Assembly: GCF_018977255.1 (NCBI RefSeq)
Contig: NW_024704755.1
Span: 15,810,001-15,874,000 of the forward strand
DNA: 64,000 nucleotides
Reading direction: 5' to 3'
Source: Callorhinchus milii
Lineage: Eukaryota
Made by a program: the position numbers and the translations under genes. Below the pieces are notes generated by a model. The model saw only the letters and a list, made by a program, of their open reading frames with translations, had not been told where the DNA came from and made no database searches. This document shows positions 58,355 to 64,000 of this stretch, one piece after another (positions within the stretch are counted from its first letter, which is position 1; every line of letters begins with the position of its first letter).

Positions 58355-61300
58355 AGTACAATACAATGTTAATTATTCCATACAGTGTGGACTAATGCTA
58401 CACATTACAAACCAATTGCACCCGTCAAACACAACTGTAGTTATTTGCGGTCTTTTAAATATTTTAGGTGGTTTCTTGTAGAAAAGTAGTCCTCTTAAAT
58501 TTATTTTTGGATTTAAATACTCACGCGTGAGTTTTATATTTATCTGATAATGTCATTAGACTTAACTAGTAAATTCTTTAATTCAGAAATAGTCATTTAT
58601 ACCACAATAACCAATCCTCAAAAACGCAAACTATAATCAATTTAAATAAGTTTGGTGTTGTACCATATTGTGTTTTATCACATTTTTCAAAGTAATGTCG
58701 TATTATTTTTTGTGAACTTTTTTCAATAAAGAACAATTCTGAAGCATAAGTCATGTGATTTCTCCGTTAATCGCATTGTTTCTTTTTCAATATTCACCAA
58801 GTGTGGTATGGGTTAGCTTGAAATCTGGTTAATGAAATATCGAAATAGCTCAAAATTGCTCAATTCATCTTTCAGCAATAAAATTGTTGAGGTGTGGGTG
58901 TTCTACCCGTGAAGAATCTGCTAAAATATACCTGACAGGAAGTAATTGGGCTTTCACTCCTTTGTTTTTCTGGTCTATGTTTCTGACACTAAATGATTCT
59001 GTTGCAAGTGTCTCACACTCTTGGGCTGAATGTAGAGTGCTGTTTAAACCTTTCTCCACCATGAGCAGTTTCTGCATTATTCAGCATGAAGGCGGCTGCA
59101 GCTATCAGGCCTGAATTCTACCTATTGTCAATCTTTAAGACTAATATATTTTTACAATGTAAGATTAATATGCATTGCAACGTGTAGACATTGCGACACA
59201 TCATCAGTTTTAATTTGAAAGTCGTTTCTTGTTAAGGATTACTGGAAACCATCTTCCAAGACTGTATTGAAGAATCTTGAATGTTCATATCAATCTAAAT
59301 GGAATTTCAAGCCTAATGTTTCAGGATTAATGCAATCAATGACAAATGCTGTCATTTCAATAATGAACACATTCTGCACAGCTTCTGCACGTGTACTCTT
59401 TCATTATCTGTGCACTATATTGGACTCTACAGTGGGTTCACTTTGAACTCAAATCACTTCTGTTAAGTTGTCTGACACTGTTCTTACACATACAAATTCA
59501 GTGGGCCAGTGACACTCATGATACAATTATTCCTTCTTGTAATGCTTCTTGCTTTAGCTGTAGATTTAGGACACGATGGTCCTGGATAACATTTCAATAT
59601 ATTGCTGTGGGGAATGCTGCATTGTTTAAGTTTCCGTCATTCAGGTGAAACACTGAGAAGTCCACTCTGTCTATTCTGCAAGTTAAAGGTCCCATTACTA
59701 CATTCCTACAAAAAAAAAAAGCTTCTGTCCGTGTCCTGCTAAGTATTCGAATCATTCTATGGCTGTTTGTGGCATTTTGCTTTGCAAAACATTCCTGTCA
59801 CATTTGCTTACAAAATACACTCACTATATTTAACATTAATTAGTGTAAATCCTTTGTGGCTTTTCGACTGCTACAAAAATGAAAGTTTTTTTCTGTGTAA
59901 AGAATATCTCCCCCTCCTACACCCCACATAAGGATGAGATGCTCTAAACCAAAGGGCCAAATAGGATGAGGAAAGTAAAGGTGATCGCAATGGAAAAGTG
60001 TGTAACTCTCGCACAAACCAGAAACAGAAAAGCGTAAAGGAACCCATGGGAGGAAGCAGAACGATGCAGGACATACATACAGTTTGAAGTTGTTAAAATA
60101 AATACATTTTTCAATGCTATCAAATGAAGCACAACGTTAAAAAGTGATTATTTCTTGGAAACCGTATGTTATATGGCTGCGTGTCAATTGGGAGGACAGG
60201 TACAACTGCTTACGTGTGATATTTCATGTTTAATAACCTGTTGCGGGGGCCGCACAGCTGTGAACTTGATTTTCTGTATTCAGGGCTTCTTCTTACACAC
60301 AAAACCACTTGTGAAACGTACTTTTTCGCATCTCATACCCATCTGCTCAAACAGCTTTCATTTAACACAATGAACCAATCGTATAACACGCTGCTTTACA
60401 GACCATGTAAGGAACTTTTGAAAACATGTTGCCGTGCCCTGGTACAGAGAGAGTGCGTTTGTAAAGCAGATGAAAAGCTGAACAGAAGCAGAAATACTCA
60501 AGACATTGCGGAATTAGCAGAACAGAGAGAAACGCAGCACTGCACACAAAAGCCAAAGTGAAATAACCATTGATAATATGTTATTAAAATGTACAATTAA
60601 ATACTCTGAAACCTTTTCTTGTAACATCCTTCATGTTGTCACCTATTTATTCGCGTCCTCTACTGAACACGCGACACAGTGTTGGATTACGGCTCTTTGG
60701 GTATCAGCTGCCCACATATACATCGCAAACTGACCATTCATTGCGGGTTAGCCCAGGCTCAAAATATGGTAATTTCCGCAGAACAAAACATCTAATTATT
60801 ATCTGTTAAGTGTTCCTCAGGAAATCTTCCGCTCGGGGCTTGACACAGAACCCGTTTCTTTCCCTCACAGACATCGGCACACGTTCACTTTCCACCATTA
60901 ACTGTTGTTTGGGTCATTGCGGGGAAACTGCCTTCAGTTCTGATGTAAAATACATTGCAGCCCAGTGTCACCTCAACTAATAACAGGCCGCTGATCACAA
61001 GCCTTGGCTGGAATTGAGCCTGGAATCTTCTCCTGTTTTACTTGTTCCCGACTGGGAATTTTCCACCTGAGGAGACATTGCAATAAGTTTAGTAATTTTA
61101 AAAAGTTTTGCAATGAGTATTGATTTACAGAAGCCTTTACCAGAAGATTGATTCTATAATTTAAACATATTTCTGGTTGTGCAGCGTTCTCGATTTATTT
61201 TAATATTTTAACAATTGCAGTTGATTCTCAATTGAATGATTCAGCTCCTAAACATAGAGCAGGAAATTGAAACGGAACCATAGCGGCTGATGCTTTTATT

Positions 61301-62179
61301 ACAACCACATAAACTGTTCTCGCCATTGGCTTAAAGTTTCATTCACTGAAACACATTTGTCTCTGAAGCAAAAAACATTTGCGATCAATAGAATTCTGTT
61401 AACTCATATGTCGTGTTCGCATTGTCTATGAACTCAGTTGTGATACGTGTTTGGAAACCGCAATCTGTTGCTGCAGAGACAAATGTGCTATTAACTGAGC
61501 TGAGTTTACATTTAAACCGCAGTTATTATTCATTGATCACAATATTATCACAATGCTCTCCCACTCCCCATCTATTTACTTCCCTTCTGCCATGAACACT
61601 CCACCGAACAGTGGTCACGATATCTCGGATGCGCAGCATCACAGAATTATTGATTATAATTATTCTGTGTGTGTTCAAGAGCGGATGCAGCTTTCGCTTT
61701 CATATCTATTTTTATATTATTGATGAAACACACGGAAGTATGGTGTGTTTCTTTCACTTCAATGATAAACTGCAGTACTGCAAAACTATAAAATACTACT
61801 ACAGAACAATTTAATCTTCAGATAAGTTTCAGTACTGCATTAATTCTTTCCATCACCAGCTGGTCAATAGTTTCATGAAGTTTCATCACGCGGTTAAAGT
61901 GCTTCATTGGTTTTAATGTACTGACACTTTACAGTAGGCGATCGCGGCAGTCAATATGAGAAAAGCAAAATCACACAAGCAAATATGTAATAAATGATCA
62001 TATTAATCCGGAGTTGTTTAGCAAGGATACTGTGAGAAAATCTCTTCTTTTCTCCAGTAGGGAAGCAGGATATTTAAGCCAGCCGGACAGGCAAACGGAA
62101 CATCGGTTAAAAGTTTAACTGGAAGAATAGCACCTCCATTCACAGGATGTCCTAAAAGTACTCTGGTACAGCCTCTGGT

Positions 62180-62660
62180 CTCAATATTGATTTCAACAAT
62201 TTCAGACCATAACAGCTCAACTTCCTCTACCCCTCTTCTGTGCTCAACTTCCTCTCCCCCTCTTCTGTGCCCAATAAACTCGTCGTCTGGGTCCCAAATA
62301 CACCTTTTCTCTCTCTGGTCTGCCTATTTCCTTTCAACATTCTACCCCCTCACCACCACCCCCACCTTTTGTTTGGCATTATTATCTCCTCTATTCTCCT
62401 ATTTTCTTGCAAACCCTCCTTTGTTTTACATAATTATATCCACTTTAACCCATCGACCCCTGTCATTCACCCCATTTTCTCCTTTGTCTTCTTGCCCTAT
62501 CTTCCTCGTCTCTGTTAGCTCTTGAAAGCCTCTCCCTCACAACATGCTCCAGTTCTGACGAACGGTTGTGGACCTGAAACATTGACTCACTTTCCTGCAT
62601 AGATGTTGCCTGACTTACTAAGTGTTCCCATCATCTTCTGTTTTTGTTGGAGATGTTAAG
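62180..62660 (+). mobile_element. Penelope 3' remnant at the homologous position in unit E
   Basis: aatattgatttcaacaatttcagaccata, a pyrimidine-rich UTR and a degenerate hammerhead repeat, colinear with 44200-44600. Confidence 0.7.
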
Positions 62661-63182
62661 AGTCTGGTCCAGGAGAAGGGCTGCGGAGCACAGGAGGGTC
62701 TGAGGCTTCCGTAGAGAGATGCTGCCAGTCCAATGAACAGGGAATTGAAATGATCAAGCCTGGACATGATGAATACATCAGGGTCTCGGCAGCCAGCGAC
62801 AGCGGTACTGATTGATTCAGGCGATTTTGGGAAGATGTTGGGAAGATGTTGGGAAGGTGCTGGAAAACAGAGCGATTCACAGCCAGGAAGGATAGTTGAT
62901 TTTTGGGGGGTTCAGCCGGTGTCTAACATATGCGAGAGTCCATCACTGTGCTCAGCAGTACGTCAATCAAAATGAGAGTTACATGTATTTCACATCAACT
63001 TGAAATTTTCTCTCTATAGAAAGCGGAAGAGGAAGTACATAGATGAGGAACAGGAGGAGCTCATGTTACAAGATACACAGTAAAGAGAGTCAGCAAAAGA
63101 GAGAAACATGATCCTCTACACAGTTTCCAAAACTAAACAAAAATGTAATTATTGAAATCTGATATATAAAGATTATTTGATG

Positions 63183-63862
63183 TGTTAGATTGAGTAGAAT
63201 ATTGTAGAAGTTATAACACTTCATAGCAATTATAAGACAGTGATTTAAAACGTTAAAATTATACTGTGGCTGTTGGCTTCAGGCACTGTGAGGAGCAGGC
63301 ACAACCTTTAGTCCTGAAGCATGAGGTAAGGGCCACCTGGAGATATGGGGAGACCCTGAGCCTGGCACCATGATAATGGAATATGTGCCTGAAAGCTTTT
63401 TCTTGAAGAAGGGTTACACTCTCAAGGACAGTACTGAGATACGGTGAAGCCTATCTCAATTCCATATGGTAGAAAAGAAGAGAGCCTCGTTGATCAGGTT
63501 AGACAGAACAAAGCAAGAATAAAATTCTGGAGACCATAATCTTATCTGGCCGGAGCAAAGGTTAGAGGGGAATTTAGTGTAATTGGGGTGCCATTGAACA
63601 GAGAGGGGTGGAAGCAGAAAGAGACAGGTGTGGAAGCAAAGAGAGAGAGACTAAGAGAGAATGTGAGTATTGCAAAAGCTTGAGCCTGAGAAGCCGACAC
63701 GAAAGACTGAAATCAGCCTACAAAAGACATAGAACTGGCAGTATGACTATTTACCTCTTTTGCTATATACTCGTAAACTGTTTGTGAATAATAAACCATT
63801 ATATCTTTAGTAAGGATTGTTGAGTCATTATTTCAGATCCTCGAGACCGGTATATCCCAACA
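63183..63862 (+). mobile_element. Solo LTR (680 bp)
   Basis: TGTTAG...CCAACA termini, 4-bp direct repeat GATG at 63179-63182 and 63863-63866, AATAAA near 63789. The homologous sites at about 23120 and 45055 are empty. Confidence 0.85.
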
Positions 63863-64000
63863 GATGCTTATAATAATGTTTGGATTTGAATCAGAGTTGT
63901 GACGTTCAGCGGTTCATAGGCAATTATTGTCAGAGGTAATTATTGTGTATAATCACTGTACTTTGTGCTCTGTGAAGTGTTTGAGACGTCCTCCACAAGT

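Larger units (their letters stand above)
2860..64000 (+). repeat. Tandem segmental duplication array: units of about 2860-24700, 24700-32850, 32850-46950, 46950-52830 and 52830-end
   Basis: Colinear non-coding homology: 15150-19660 ~ 38900-43050 ~ 58380-62150; promoter-upstream blocks ~24350-24780, ~32150-32950, ~46250-47050, ~52120-52920. Boundaries are approximate. Confidence 0.85.

Noticed and set aside
1-64000. CRISPR arrays, rRNA genes or prokaryote-type operons
   Set aside because: None seen; the sequence is intron-rich vertebrate DNA and its repeats are transposon- or duplication-derived.

Overview
Vertebrate genomic DNA, probably a cartilaginous fish. This is inferred from the repeat landscape (CR1 with a TTCTTATG tail, L2, Deu-type and tRNA-derived SINEs, Penelope elements) and was not checked against a database. 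The window is a + strand tandem array of five paralogous immunoglobulin-superfamily receptor genes. Each has a 55-nt leader exon and a 306-nt germline V exon ending in a J-like GxGSHLTV motif; four also have a C1-set exon (FYP motif) and a TM exon. Gene 1 (3040-14314) and gene 5 (53017-58354) are inhibitory-type, with tails built from repeated phase-0 exons carrying ITIM/ITSM tyrosines. Gene 3 (33050-38902) has broken V and C1 exons but an intact TM and an 8-tyrosine tail. Gene 4 (47126-49826) is activating-type, with a TM arginine and no tyrosine motif in its short tail. Gene 2 (24859-25316) is an orphan leader+V. Together they look like a paired activating/inhibitory receptor family. Between genes 2 and 3, and invisible to the ORF track, I traced a separate 13-exon micro-exon gene (26544-31420). 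It has canonical splice sites and consistent phases, and encodes about 241 aa ending in KKKKKRKRTCCWCCFPWRKRTND. Penelope-derived hammerhead-ribozyme motifs, a solo LTR and three N gaps are also present. Exon structures and counts are manual readings; no transcript or database evidence was available.
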